From Octopus sinensis (lineage: Eukaryota), in the NCBI RefSeq assembly GCF_006345805.1, contig NW_021834559.1, positions 1-46,968 on the forward strand: a stretch of 46,968 nucleotides of DNA. The letters run 5' to 3'. Positions 24,298 through 36,046 of this stretch are shown here, piece by piece. The notes below the pieces were generated by a model, which saw only the letters and a program-made list of their open reading frames with translations, was not told the DNA's origin and ran no database searches. Positions within the stretch are counted from its first letter, which is position 1. The number at the start of each line of letters is the position of its first letter. The position numbers and the translations under genes were made by a program.

Positions 24298-24628
24298 AGG
24301 AACTGCCGCTCCGTCAGTTACGAACTACGAGGGTTCCAATTGAACCAACGAACGGAACGTCCTGCTCGTGAAATTAACGTGTAAGTGGCTGAGTACTTCA
24401 CAGACACGCGTGCCCTTCACTTAGTTCCCAGGATGATTCAGCGTGACACAGAATGTAACAAGGCTACACCTTTGAAATACAGGTGCAACTCATTCTTGCC
24501 AGGTGAGTGGACTGGAAAAATGTGAAATAAAATGTCTTACTCAAGGACACAACGCGTCGTCGAGAATCGAACTCACGACCTTACGATTGTGAGCCGAATA
24601 CCCTAACCACTAAGCAACGCGCCTTCAC
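24298..24628 (-). mobile_element. Third tRNA-SINE family (CORE/V-like GTGTCCTTGAG.AAGACA domain)
   Basis: Sense GTGAAGGCGCGTTGCTTAGTGGTTAGGG...GAGTTCGATTCTCG (A and B boxes) then GTGTCCTTGAGTAAGACATTTTATTTCAC. Confidence 0.85.
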
Positions 24629-24650
24629 GGTTGAAATGGAACATAATAAT

Positions 24651-24843
24651 GGCGGTGAGATGACAGAATCGTTATATCATCAGGGGAAATGCTTTATATC
24701 ATTTGCTCCGTCGCTTTACGTTCTGAGTTCAAGTCCCACCGAGGTAAATTTTCTCTTTCCTTTCCCAAGGACTGAGATCGACGGGTTCGTCTGATCCCTC
24801 CCCTCAAAAGTGCTGGCTTTGAGCCTCAATCAGAAAGCAGTGG
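24651..24843 (+). mobile_element. SINE-M degenerate (tail variant D)
   Basis: ATGGCGGTGAGATGACAGAATCGTT...CTGAGTTCAAGTCCCACCGAGGT...GGCTTTGAGCCTCAATCAGAAAGC. Confidence 0.7.
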
Positions 24844-25254
24844 GGAAAATCCAGTTTGGATCCTAGGACGAAACCTATTCACAACGAAATGACGCTACCG
24901 CCTCACTCTATCTGCCCAATGTCCTAATTATTTTGATGGGCAAAGTATTAATACTTAACAATCTGGACGTCATTATGAATTATTATGGATCACTGCAAAG
25001 GGAAGCCGCATAGGAATGTTAACTCTGGATGAATATGTACTGCATCTAAAGCATCTAAATGCACATAAGTGTTACATCAAAGGATATTAAGACACGTATG
25101 CAGCAGAAACACGTGATGGATCGGAATCAAATGTGAATTTAATGAGAATAATAAACAAGGTTTAGAGATGTATAACTCTTCATTTTCTTATACACCTTAC
25201 AAAGGGTGTTTTGTTCATCGAAGCCTGTGAATTTGCATGTGTAATCTGGGAATG

Positions 25255-25491
25255 CATACAATGAGCTTCTTTGCCCTAGGTGTACGGAAAATACTCGGCA
25301 AGAAATGGAAGAAAATTGAAGGAGGAAAAACATTAATAATAATAATAATGATGATGATGATGATGATGATGATGATCATAATAATAATAATAATAACGAT
25401 AATAATAATAATAATAAGGATAATAATAATAATAATTATAATAGTAATAATAATAATAGTAATAATAATAATAATAACAATGATGGTGATA

Positions 25492-25546
<55 letters not shown>

Positions 25547-26141
25547 CAACAACAACAATAACAATAACAATGATGATGATGATGATGATAAATGCCCTAA
25601 TGTATTCTGATCTTAACTGATTGGAAGTGTTATCATGCAAATTGTTTTATCTTGGTATAAAAGATGGGCTACAGCAAATATTCTACTCAATACCACAGAT
25701 TTGCTTGTCAATTGTTTGACCATAACAAGTTGACCATGTCCCTTAGAGGCTGACGATATGTGCATCTCTGATCACGAGCAGAAGTAGTGGGGGTGCATCA
25801 CAGCCATGTGTTGAGAGGAAATCTTTGGGGTTTGAATAATTCACCTTTGGAAACATGGGTGTTTTGTACATCATCCTTAAATAAACCTTATTCAGAAACC
25901 TTTTGTGCGGAATGGACTGCTCGACCGGAAAAAATTCCAACTGGGCCACACTTGCACTGTCGTTTGCTGTTTATCTTGATGTAAGGTCACTAAGTCGCGC
26001 ACATATGGTTGTGATGCATGTGCCTGGTGTACCCTTATCAGACGTGTAGTCATGATGGGTATACTGGGCTTCATATATTTTACCCTAGTGTCACTTTGAT
26101 GGCATGCGCTGCTCTTTCACTCAGTAATAATACTAATTATA

Positions 26142-26220
<79 letters not shown>

Positions 26221-26228
26221 TTAATAAT
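25255..26228 (+). mobile_element. Two probable non-LTR 3'-end/UTR segments each running into (AAT)n arrays
   Basis: ...GGAGGAAAAACATT-(AAT)n at 25335 and ...CTCTTTCACTCAGT-(AAT)n at 26123; non-coding, adjacent to an R4/Dong coding fragment. Confidence 0.45.
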
Positions 26229-26970
26229 TGCTAAGAAATAATTAAACGACTTTAGTTGCCATGAAAAAGAGGGTGGTCGTGAACTCTTACAACTTGAATG
26301 AAGATTGCTATCATTGGAGTAAGCACGTATCTGAAAAATTCGGATGGCTGGATGCTAAAACTTGTCTTAAAGGACTAAAACAAGAAAGCCGCATACTCAG
26401 AAACAAAACAGGCAAGAAATTATCTCGGTGAATTCCAAATACAGTAAGTCCCAGACTTTGAAGTAGTGGAACAAGCACAGAAAAAGCCAAACGCATCAAA
26501 ACCCTTGCCAAAACTGCTGCTCTAAATATTCTCCGTGATAAATAGCAAGAAAAACCGATCAGTAGCAAATACTCAAAGGGAGCTAATAGCTAATAATGCT
26601 TTTGTTTACAAAACCCTTACGTATCAATGGTTTGCATCTTCTGGCTTAAAACTAGAGACAGTAGGGTTTATCATAGCAGCCTAGGGTCAATGCTTCCCTA
26701 CAAAAAGCTATCAGGCCAACATCATAAAGAACGTCAGTTGCCCAACATGTCAAGTATGTAAATAACAAGATGAAACGATTGATCATATTGTCTCCATTTG
26801 CAGCGATCTTACACCCACAGAGTATCTCAACAGGCATGATAGAGCGGCACAGTATATTCACTGGGTAATCTGCAAGAACCTGGACCTGACCCATGAAAAA
26901 ACTGGTGGGAACAGTGCTTGAAAATGATCACATCTTGCTCCTTTGGAACTTTTCTGTTCAAACAGAAAGA
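26229..26970 (+). pseudogene. R4/Dong-clade (RLE-type) non-LTR retrotransposon fragment: post-RT region and CCHC knuckle
   Basis: EKEGGRELLQLE; KIAIIGVSTYLKNS; WFASSGLKLETVGFIIAA*GQ; CQVCK*QDETIDHIVSIC; EYLNRHDRAAQYIHWVIC; VLENDHILLLWNFSVQTER; begins directly after (AAT)n. Confidence 0.9.
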
Positions 26971-26974
26971 TTGT

Positions 26975-27322
26975 AGTAAAGATTGTTTGCCAACATAACA
27001 TGGCAGTCCTGATTTAGGACGAATGTTGCTGTAATTTAGCCCCAGGAGCCATCGTCTTCAGCTGGCTATACTACACGATCTGTGTCCTTATATTTTTGAA
27101 CAAGGAAATCTAGTGCCCCCACTCAGCTCAAAACAATATCTGCGTATCGCGATTTCTGTGTTATTTCTCTTCATTAGCACAGAATAATTACTCGGCTAGA
27201 GGTGGCGCTGCCAAATTCCCGTTCGAAATATATAGTTTTCAAAGTGACAACTAGTTACTGATTTACAGCAACATTCGTTCTAAACCAGGACTGCCATGTT
27301 ATATTGGCAAACAATCTTTACT
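26975..27322. mobile_element. MITE with ~60-bp TIRs
   Basis: AGTAAAGATTGTTTGCCAACATAACATGGCAGTCCTGATTTAGGACGAATGTTGCTGTAA vs inverted TTACAGCAACATTCGTTCTAAACCAGGACTGCCATGTTATATTGGCAAACAATCTTTACT; TSD not clear. Confidence 0.85.
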
Positions 27323-27384
27323 TCAAGGTACTGTTGCTGAATATCTCACATTGTGAGATTTAAAAATAGTAATTTTCAGAGAGA

Positions 27385-27775
27385 AAGATATTGCACAATG
27401 TATATACTGAGTTTGTAGTATATGAATTAAAATGTTTTCAAATTCAGCGTTTTTTGTATTATTATTAAACAGAATTAAAATATTATTTATTTAGCTTTCG
27501 CTGAAAAAAACACTCCATCTGTTCGACCGACACACGCTAGCTTCAGGTCAAGTTGATTTTCATGGAATTTATTTCTAGAAACGAAACAAAAACAGTGCAT
27601 ATTTTGAATTTATTTATTAGATTCTCGTCTGCAATGTTATTTTATTATGAAAATATGGAGTCCATGATGTCAAAAATTTATTTTATTCTATTGGAAAATT
27701 TCAATATATGCAACTATATATATATGCACTTTGTAATTTTGCTCATTAAACTAGTATATATTTATAAGAATGATG
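27385..27775 (+). repeat. AT-rich ~400-bp segment, copy 1 of a direct repeat (copy 2 at 30640-31045)
   Basis: Shared blocks TATGAATTAAAATGTTTTCAA, TTCGCTGAAAAAAA, CAGGTCAAG.TGATTTTCATGGAA, TTTTATTATGAAAATATGGAGTC, AATATATGCAACTATATATATG. Confidence 0.8.
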
Positions 27776-28234
27776 GAACATATATATATGTATATATATT
27801 TATATTTATATTTATATTTATATTTATAAAAATGACAAGAAAAGTCATTTTGTCCTATCTATACGACCAAAAATAATTCTTTCCAATGAATATAATATTT
27901 ATTAATTATAGTTTAAATATATCAAATTTTGGAATAATGTAATAAGAAAATAATCAATATTCAGTTCGTTAAATTAAATGTTTGTAGAAATATAATACTT
28001 TTGAAATGCCAATTTAGTCTTTGTCAAATATGAAAAAAAAAATTAAAGAACCGTTTCGAAGTTACGTGCAAATATAACATGTAAGGTAAGGAATTTCCAT
28101 AAATTTCATAAGTTTCCTTTTCCAATATTTGCGATTGCTTTTTGTTCAATCACAATTTATTCAGAAAATGACCAAATAAGAATGAGCAGCACAATGTTTC
28201 TCGCAGAGAAGAAGCAAGAATATAACAGCACGTA

Positions 28235-28605
28235 ACTCTTTTACTTGTTTCAGTCATTTGACTAAGGCCATGCTGGAGCACCGCCTTTAGTCGAGCAAAT
28301 AGATCCCAGGACTTATTTTTTGTAGGCGTAGTACTTATTCTATCGGTCTCTTTTGCCGAACCGCAAAGTTACGGCGACGTAAACACACCAGCATCGGTTG
28401 TCAAGCGATGTTGGGGGAACAAACACAGACGCACAAACATATACACGCACACATATATATATACATATATACGACGGGCTTCTTTCAGTTTCCGTCTACC
28501 AAATCCACTCACAAACACAGACACACAAACATATACACACACACATATATATACATATATACGACGGGATTCTTTCAGTTTCTGTCTACCAAATTCACTC
28601 ACAAA
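28235..28605 (-). mobile_element. SINE-C, 5' truncated, internal tandem duplication
   Basis: Tail match; ACGACGGG.TTCTTTCAGTTTC.GTCTACCAAAT.CACTCACAAA present twice (28481 and 28561). Confidence 0.88.
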
Positions 28606-28625
28606 GGGTTACTACAAGAAGTTCA

Positions 28626-28910
28626 TATGTGCGGCAGCAGGATTCGGCTCTTTGCTATACTTCCGGAAAGAGTCAGAAGTGGTTGTCGGAGAATTTCCAC
28701 GACATCTCCAGCCCAGTTTTTGGCTCCCTAATTCCCCCGATTGTAATTCAATGAATAAATATACGTGGAGGGATTGCGAATGATACCAACCGCTCTGCTT
28801 GCAACACTAAGGCCGATCTGGTGGCCAAGAGAACAGCGAGGAATGCATGCTCCGGGTTCCGGGGCTATCTTAAGGCTTTGATGGACGTTGAGGATACCTA
28901 CTTTGAGCTA
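28626..28910 (+). pseudogene. Tc1/mariner (DD37D-like) transposase C-terminal fragment
   Basis: YVRQQDSALCYTSGKSQKWLSENFHD; PNSPDCN; TNRSACNTKADLVAK; RNACSGFRGYLKALMDVEDTYFE. Confidence 0.85.
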
Positions 28911-28988
28911 TCTCCCCGCCACAATCTAGTTAATATTTTTTTGTATATTTTTAGATGTGGTTTCTTTTCCCTGTACTCATATATTGTT

Positions 28989-29296
28989 GAGCCACGTGAT
29001 CTAGTGGTAAGTGCAGCAGACTCGCAGTCGAGGGATCGCGGGTTAGAACTTCAGACCAGGCCATGTGTGTGTGTTTATGAGCGAATCACCTAAGCTCCAC
29101 GCGGCTCCGGCAGAATGTAATGGCGCACTTCTGCTGACTCTTTCGCCACAACTTTCTCTCACTCTTTCCTCCTGCATCTAGCAACCCACCTGCGACGGAC
29201 CGGCGTCCCGTCCTGGTGGGAAACCTATACGTCAATGAAACCGGGGAAACCGGCCCCTATGAGCCAGGCATAGCTCGAGAAGGAACAAACAACAAT
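28989..29296 (+). mobile_element. Fourth tRNA-SINE family (V-domain-like)
   Basis: Head GAGCCACGTGATCTAGTGGTAAGTG...GGGTTAGAAC; CCTGCGACGGACCGGCGTCCCGTCC resembles the V-SINE motif; tail GCTCGAGAAGGAACAAACAACAA. Confidence 0.7.
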
Positions 29297-29874
29297 AATA
29301 CCCATATATATCAAAAGTACCATATGTAACATCTATTTCATGTGAAAATTAGGTGGTAAAGTTAATCACATTTTTCATTTTTTTAAGGTATTTATATTTA
29401 AAGTTAATATACTTTATTTTAATGATAGCATTTTAAGTTGACAAAAATATTGAATTTAAATTTTTCCTTTATGCTATCTACAAAGCGGCGAGTATCGAAT
29501 TAGTAATACTAATCTTAATGATAATAACGGAGAAACATTCAACATGAGAGAATACTACTTGCGACAATGATTTCATATAATGAATGGATTGCAGCTACTC
29601 AAAAGTGATGGGGGATCTGACACTACGAGTAAACAAACTATTGGAGTATATTTCATATGAGTACCAGATCGATTCTTGCCCCATTCCCAAAGAAAAGTAA
29701 AGAAAAACACATACATTCACAAATGTGAGATCTTTAATATGGTTACTCGACCTGCTAGAAATAGCCACATTTCTTTCAAATCAGCCAAAAAGGCCACATC
29801 ATAATAATGAAAACACAACATTGACAAGAAATATTGTTTGTGGAAAAGACAAAAAAATAATAAACGTAAATATT

Positions 29875-30626
29875 CTTTTCTACTCTAGGCACAAGGCCTG
29901 AAACTTTGGGGATAGGGACCAATCGATTACATCGACCCCAGTATGCATCTGGTACTTAATTTATCGCTCCCCCCTCCCACGAAAGGTAAAGTCGACCTTA
30001 GTGGAATTTGAACTGAGAACGTAGCGGCAGACAAAATACCTATTTCTTTACTACCCACAAGGGGCTAAACACGGAGAGGACAAACAAGGACAGACAAACA
30101 AATTAAGTCGATTACATCGACCCCAGTGCGTAACTGGTACTTATTTAATCGACCCCGAAAGGATGAAAGGCAATGTCGACCTCGGCGGAATTTGAACTCA
30201 GAACGTAGCGGCAGACGAAATACGACTACGCATTTCGCCCGGCGTGCTAACGTTTCTGCTTTGTCGCCGCTTTAATAGACCTATAATATTTATTTCTTTA
30301 TTACCCACAGGGGGCTAAACGTGGAGGGGACAAACAAGGACAGACAAACGGATTAAGTCGATTACATCGAACCCAGTGCGTAACTGGTACTTATTTAATC
30401 GACCCCGAAAGAATGAAAGGCAAAGTTGACCTCGGCGGAATTTGAACTCAGAACGTAGCGGCAGACGAAATACCGCTAAGCATTTCGCTCGGCGTGCTAA
30501 CCGTAAATACCTATTTCTTTACTACCCACAAGGGACTAAACACAGAGGGGACAAACAAGGACAGACAAACGGATTAAGTCGATTACATCGACCCCCAGTG
30601 CGTAACGATTCTGCCAGCTCGCCGCC
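29875..30626 (-). mobile_element. Stack of four SINE-M units (dimer plus nested pair) separated by a triplicated target motif
   Basis: Heads end at 30270 and 30626; motif TAATA(G/A)AC(G/C)TA(T)AATATT at ~29858, 30272 and 30627. Confidence 0.9.
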
Positions 30627-30639
30627 TTAATAGACGTAA

Positions 30640-30701
30640 ATATTGAACAAGGTATATATTTAGTTTGTAGAATATGAATTAAAATGTTTTCAAGTTCAAC
30701 G

Positions 30702-30733
<32 letters not shown>

Positions 30734-31045
30734 CATTATTTGTATTAGTATTATTATTAAGCAGTACTAAAAGGTTATTTATTTAGCCTTCGCTGAAAAA
30801 AAAAACTCCACCAGGTCAAGATGATTTTCATGGAAGTTATTTGTAGAAAGGAAATAAAAACATGCATACGTTGAATATATTTATTGGATTCTCGCCTGTA
30901 ACGTTAATTTTATTATGAAAATATGGAGTCGAATATGTCAAAAATATATTTTATTCCGTAGTAAATTTTTAATATATGCAACTATATATATGCGACTTAG
31001 AAATTTTGTTCAATAAACAAGATTATATGTGGAACTTATATAAAT
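30640..31045 (+). repeat. AT-rich ~400-bp segment, copy 2
   Basis: See 27385-27775; contains an expanded (ATT)n. Confidence 0.8.
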
Positions 31046-31066
31046 ATAGGCCTGTTATACCAAGGC

Positions 31067-31238
31067 CGATCTGGTGTCCAAAATCAAGTTCGAAGATCTT
31101 CCCAGGAGAACAGTGAAGAAAGCATGCCCCAAGTTCCAAAGTCGACCTCGGCGGAATTTGAACTCAGAACGGAAAGACAGACGAAATACGGCTAAGCATT
31201 TCGCCCGGCGTGTTAACGTTTCTGCCAGCTCGCCGCCT
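31067..31238. mobile_element. Tc1/mariner fragment (+) fused to SINE-M head (-)
   Basis: TKADLVSKIKFEDLPRRTVKKACPKFQS then AAAGTCGACCTCGGCGGAATTTGAACTCAG...GCTCGCCGCC; shared AAAGTCG at the junction. Confidence 0.8.
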
Positions 31239-31559
31239 TGATCGAAACGTAAGCCCAAATGACTAGCAATCATAAAAAGGTGCAATCTCAAGGCCATTGC
31301 AAAAATTTGAAATCAAAAATGAACACTTAAAGAATCCATGACGTGACATAATTAATGCACACAACCAAAGATTTTAGGATAAATGGGGTTAATCGAATAC
31401 ATAGACCCAGTGCTTGACCGGCACATTATTTTATCGATTCTGGAAGGATGACACACAAAGGTGACCTCTATGGGATACAGAATTAAAATAACCGAAGAAA
31501 TAATAAAGGTAATGAAATTAACAGCGTGATTCACAAATAAGACGTGCAAAACAAAAGTT

Positions 31560-32560
31560 TAATAACTTATCAAAATACATTAAAACTAAATCCTAAAATA
31601 CCTACGGGATACTGACCAATACTAAACAAAAGACAGACATTGGAATGATGTCACACACAATAAAGGTCCATGATAAAGAACTGTTTCCAGAAGGTGACAA
31701 GTGACGCTGCATAGGCACACGTGACTGTAATGATAGATTATCTAACAACGAAGTCATACCCGAAGATTATACTGGTAGAAAGAATATTAAGAATTGAGAT
31801 AGGCGCAGGAGTGGCTGTGTGGTAAGTAGCTTGCTTACGAACCACATGGTTCCGGGTTCAGTCCCACTGCGTGGCATCTTGGGCAAGTGTCTTCTGCTAT
31901 AGCCCCGGGCCGACCAATGCCTTGTGAGTGGATTTGGTAGACGGAAACTGAAAGAAGCCTGTCGTATATATGTATATATATGTATATATGTGTATGTGTG
32001 TGTGTTTGTGTGTGTGTGTTTGTCCCCCTAGCATTGCTTGACAACCGATGCTGGTGTGTTTACGTCCCCGTCACTTAGCGGTTCGGCAAAAAAGACCGAT
32101 AGAATAAGTACTGGGCTTACAAAGAATAAGTCCCGGGGTCGATTTGCTCGACTAAAGGCGGTGTCCCAGCATGGCCGCAGTCAAATGGCTGAAACAAGTA
32201 AAAGAGTAAAAGAGAGAGTGTCTCCAAATAAATGCATTCTAGATACATTAACCATGAATAAGATGGCGTCAACAGTAAGTAGATCAATTAAACATGTCAT
32301 GAGTAAATGACAAACAACTCTGCAGCAACAGACAAAATAAAGGGTTATAAAAAACTAAGCATGTTACTTAGAAGAGGAACATATCTAGCGGACTCCCCTC
32401 CTCTACTTTTATTAAACCAGTACTGACACTCTTAAGGTTACACAAGACTGGGCTGGTTCTCAAATACTATACTAGGATAAAACAAACATCTTCGGTATAT
32501 GGATGACCTAAAGGCATGTAGTGCAGGTGAAACCTTTGCGCATCCGTACATGGATTTACC
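31560..32560 (+). pseudogene. R4/Dong-type reverse transcriptase fragment interrupted by a SINE
   Basis: GY*PILNK; LFPEGDK*RCIGTRDCNDRL; PNKCILDTLTMNK; RRGTYLADSPPLLL (GIFQGDSLSPL-like); KHLRYMDDLK. Confidence 0.8.
31801..32217 (+). mobile_element. SINE-C full length (reference copy)
   Basis: A box TGGCTGTGTGG, B box GGTTCAGTCCC, CTTGGGCAAGTGTCTT core, internal (TA/TG)n, tail CAGCATGGCCGCAGTCAAATGGCTGAAACAAGTAAAAGAG. Confidence 0.93.
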
Positions 32561-32744
32561 ATAGCCGTCATTCACAAAACACTATCAACTAGAAGCATGC
32601 CCTGCTTTCACTAATTGTTTTAGGTACCTATGTAGCCATGCGCAGACAGTGACACTCACCAGGTCCTCCTCCTCCTCCTCCTCCTTCATCCAGTGGAATA
32701 TCGAGGGTGTGCCAAATGGAGAGTAAAAGGCTGCACCATCACTA

Positions 32745-32890
32745 GGTGGTACACATTTTCAGCTGAGTGAAAGAAACAAAGTGAAATGAAACATCTTGCT
32801 CAAGAACACAAGGCTTCACCTGGTCCAGGAATCGAACCCTTGAGCTTATGATCTTCAGCCCAACACTCTAACCACGATGCAGTGCATCTT
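32745..32890 (-). mobile_element. Third SINE family, 5' fragment
   Basis: GTGAAATGAAACATCTTGCTCAAGAACAC...GGAATCGAACC...CTAACCAC. Confidence 0.7.
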
Positions 32891-32917
32891 CTATACATGG
32901 ACTGACTTGACAAATTG

Positions 32918-33128
32918 ATTTCAAATTTTGGCACAAGGCCAGCAATTTCGTGGGAGGGAGTGAGTCGATTACATTGACTCTAGTGCTCAACCGGTACTTG
33001 TTTTATCGACCCAGAAAGGATAAAAAGCCAAATCGACCTCTACGGAATTTGAACCCAGAGCGTGAAGACGGACGGAATACCGCTAAGTATTTTTCGCAGC
33101 GTGCTAGCGTTTCTGTCAGCTCGCCGCC
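32918..33128 (-). mobile_element. SINE-M (tail C)
   Basis: TTTCAAATTTTGGCACAAGGCCAGC...CCGGTACTTGTTTTATCGACCC...AGCTCGCCGCC. Confidence 0.88.
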
Positions 33129-33309
33129 CTATTTCCTGGATAATTCAATATGAAATCCGGATTAGAAAAATGATGCACAGCAACCACGAAGAAAGGAAAA
33201 TAGATTAAGAATATTAATATCGTGCGCGATAGAGAAACAAGCTGAAAGAATTACACCAAACGGAGTGTTACAAATGTTTAGAAATCAATGAACTAGACTG
33301 AGCAGAACG

Positions 33310-33409
33310 CACGCGCGCACGCACACACACACAACACACACACACGCACACACACACAAACAAACACACACACACACACATACACATACACTCACAAACA
33401 CACACACAA

Positions 33410-33450
<41 letters not shown>

Positions 33451-33540
33451 ACACACACACAAACACACACACATACACACACACACATACAAACAAACAC
33501 ATACACACAAACACACACACATACACACACACACGCACAA
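33310..33540. repeat. (CA)n microsatellite
   Basis: Direct reading. Confidence 0.95.
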
Positions 33541-34250
33541 GCGAACCAGGTTGAGAAGGAATATTACGCTTGCATTAGTTTAATACTTAAAATAGAGGTA
33601 AATGCAAATAAAAAAAAAAGTTAATAAGCACCAACATTGTAGCTGTCCCGAAAGTAAGCAATAGTTATAATATTCCTCAACAGGACGCTAAACGAACTAT
33701 TAAGACGAGATAGAACATGAAAAATAATGACTACATTTAGAAAGGCATAGAAAGATAATACTTACCATGAAAATAGGGAAGAAAAAGCCTTATGCTGCGA
33801 GAAAACTATTATATGTAATCCAGTATAGGATTACATAAATATCTAGTAAATAATTGGAAATACAAATAGCTATAAAGTACGAAAAAAATAAATAAAAATA
33901 AACTGGTTTTTTGTCTCCAAGGTAACCAGCAAATACAAAATAGAGGTTGAAGTAAAAGATAGATGGGAGGAGAAAGGAAAGAGAGAAAAGAAAAGAAATT
34001 GTGGGAAAAAAATAGAAACTAAGCGAAAAATTGGTCTATAGAAAGTTATGCTAAAACAATGGCGAGAAAAGCCTTTATATGACTAATATGTGAAAAAAAT
34101 TACACAAGGAGGATACAGACGAACAAAAATTGCAATGCTAACTAGGATACGCAGAACGCAAAGCTAAGTGAAAGATACTCGCTTGAAGCACAAAGATCGA
34201 AGTCTACCCAGTAGAAACACCAAAAGAATGTAATGTTTGTATATTAAGTA

Positions 34251-34766
34251 CCGTAAATCGTCTAGTATAGTCCGCCCTTGAGTATAATACGCAGGGGATT
34301 TTTAAGGGGCTGTACTTCTGAAAAACCTAAACCTTGTGTATAATACGCACCCTTCTCTAACTTGAGTCGTGCGTAATTAAGCCAGCAGCACCTAGTCGAA
34401 CAAACACTTCCGCGCATGCGTAATACAATAATGGTGGTGTTCTTAACTGTTATATGGAAATGTAAATGTTTGCAAATTGTTTTTGTTACATGTTATTCTG
34501 TGTTCTGAATGCTTTTATTTTAATAAATGTGGCTTACTGCATGTTATGGATGATTCTTTTATGACTTCATTGCTTTCAGGCTTAGCTTAAGGTATTTTCG
34601 CGCCCTACATCACAAAATGTTCTGAATAAACATTGCTGGACAGTAAATAGAGACTTGGACATTGCTTAGAAAATATTTTTCATTTTTAACCTCGAATATA
34701 GTACGCGCTAGGGATTTTGACCTTTAAATTTTGGGAAAAATGTGGATTATACTCGAGGATTTACGG
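34251..34766. mobile_element. pogo/Tigger-like MITE
   Basis: TA|CCGTAAATCGTCTAGTATAGTCC ... GGATTATACTCGAGGATTTACGG|TA; subterminal (C)TCGA.TATA.TACGC repeats. Confidence 0.85.
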
Positions 34767-35886
34767 TAAATGAAAAATTTGTACATGTTAGGAAGATACA
34801 AATAGCTATCTTGTTTTGAGTTGTTCGGTCTTAGTCAAGAAATATCTACTAGCATGACTGATTTAGGGCTTTTTTTCATTGGAAAGTTTGCCAGTGTTGT
34901 GAAAAACTAAGAAAAAAGAAAAGGCTTGAACAAGTTGAGGCAAGTTTCAGAAAAGGACGAATAGAAATATACTGTGGGCAATGCTACTGACAGAGAGATC
35001 AAGGATAATCGACTAGACTTTGATGTGAAGGATAAGTACGAAAGTAAGTGACCCCTAATGAAAATATCAATCCCCAAATGATAATGCATCTCTGAAATGG
35101 ATGAAGATAAAAGTATTCGAAGGATGATTTGAACGCAGAACATAGGGAATTGTAACAAATAATCTAAATCATTCTAACAAGGTCGCTAACGACTCTGCCA
35201 CTTGCAGAGATTAAATGACGAGTTGTCACATCCAGAAGACTTTATGGTCAAAGCCTGTGGACAATTTCTAAAATCCTTGAGCTGACAGCGATAAGCGATG
35301 TCTTTATTAAAAATCAATGAAATTTAAGTGTAATTTGCGGAATTAGAATGGCTAAATAAGCCTACAATGACTAAATACAAATTTGCCAAAAGATATGGCC
35401 AGTGACATGAATTTGAATAACATAAAAAAATACCGTATGCTATAAGGTATATTAAATACCTTACATAGTTTCTTAGTTTATTAAAATTATTTCTGCCTTT
35501 AAAGTAGGAAGATAACCTCAAGTTTAAAGAACTCTCCAAACTGACGCGTCATTAATGAAAAGGACAGGCTTATTGTCTGGAGATAAGAGGAACTCATGTT
35601 TCTGGCTCAATAATCAGAATGACAACTGCCCGACCTTAATTGTAGGCTGACTGTAAGAAATGGGAAAAGATACGTGGATTATCGTGCCACGATAATCCGG
35701 GATTTGTCTGAGGTGCTCTGGTTCACCTTATATTGTCTGTTCTTTACTTTCGGGGAGGAACGGTTTCTTTCATGTCAGTTTTTGTTCTGTTTGTATGATG
35801 ATATTTATTGTCTATTTACTAATATATCTTCAGTTGATCACGCTCTTTTATTCGTCATGAATTCCTGCTGTTTCCTTTTTGTTTAT

Positions 35887-35948
<62 letters not shown>

Positions 35949-36046
35949 GTGACAGTAGAACACTCCTATTTGGTTGGCTCCTAATGGACTGTGCCACAAT
36001 ATAAATGAACATGCACAGAGAGCGTGGGAGTCATTAAGCTGTGTAA

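Noticed and set aside
24540-24628. tRNA gene
   Set aside because: tRNA-like head continues into SINE body; same for heads at 28989, 31801 and 40047
29875-30626. CRISPR-like repeat array
   Set aside because: Units are 200-bp SINEs, not short repeats with unique spacers; eukaryotic context, no cas genes
33560-35200. A-rich plus-strand region suggestive of an ancient LINE
   Set aside because: Composition only; no EN or RT motif readable
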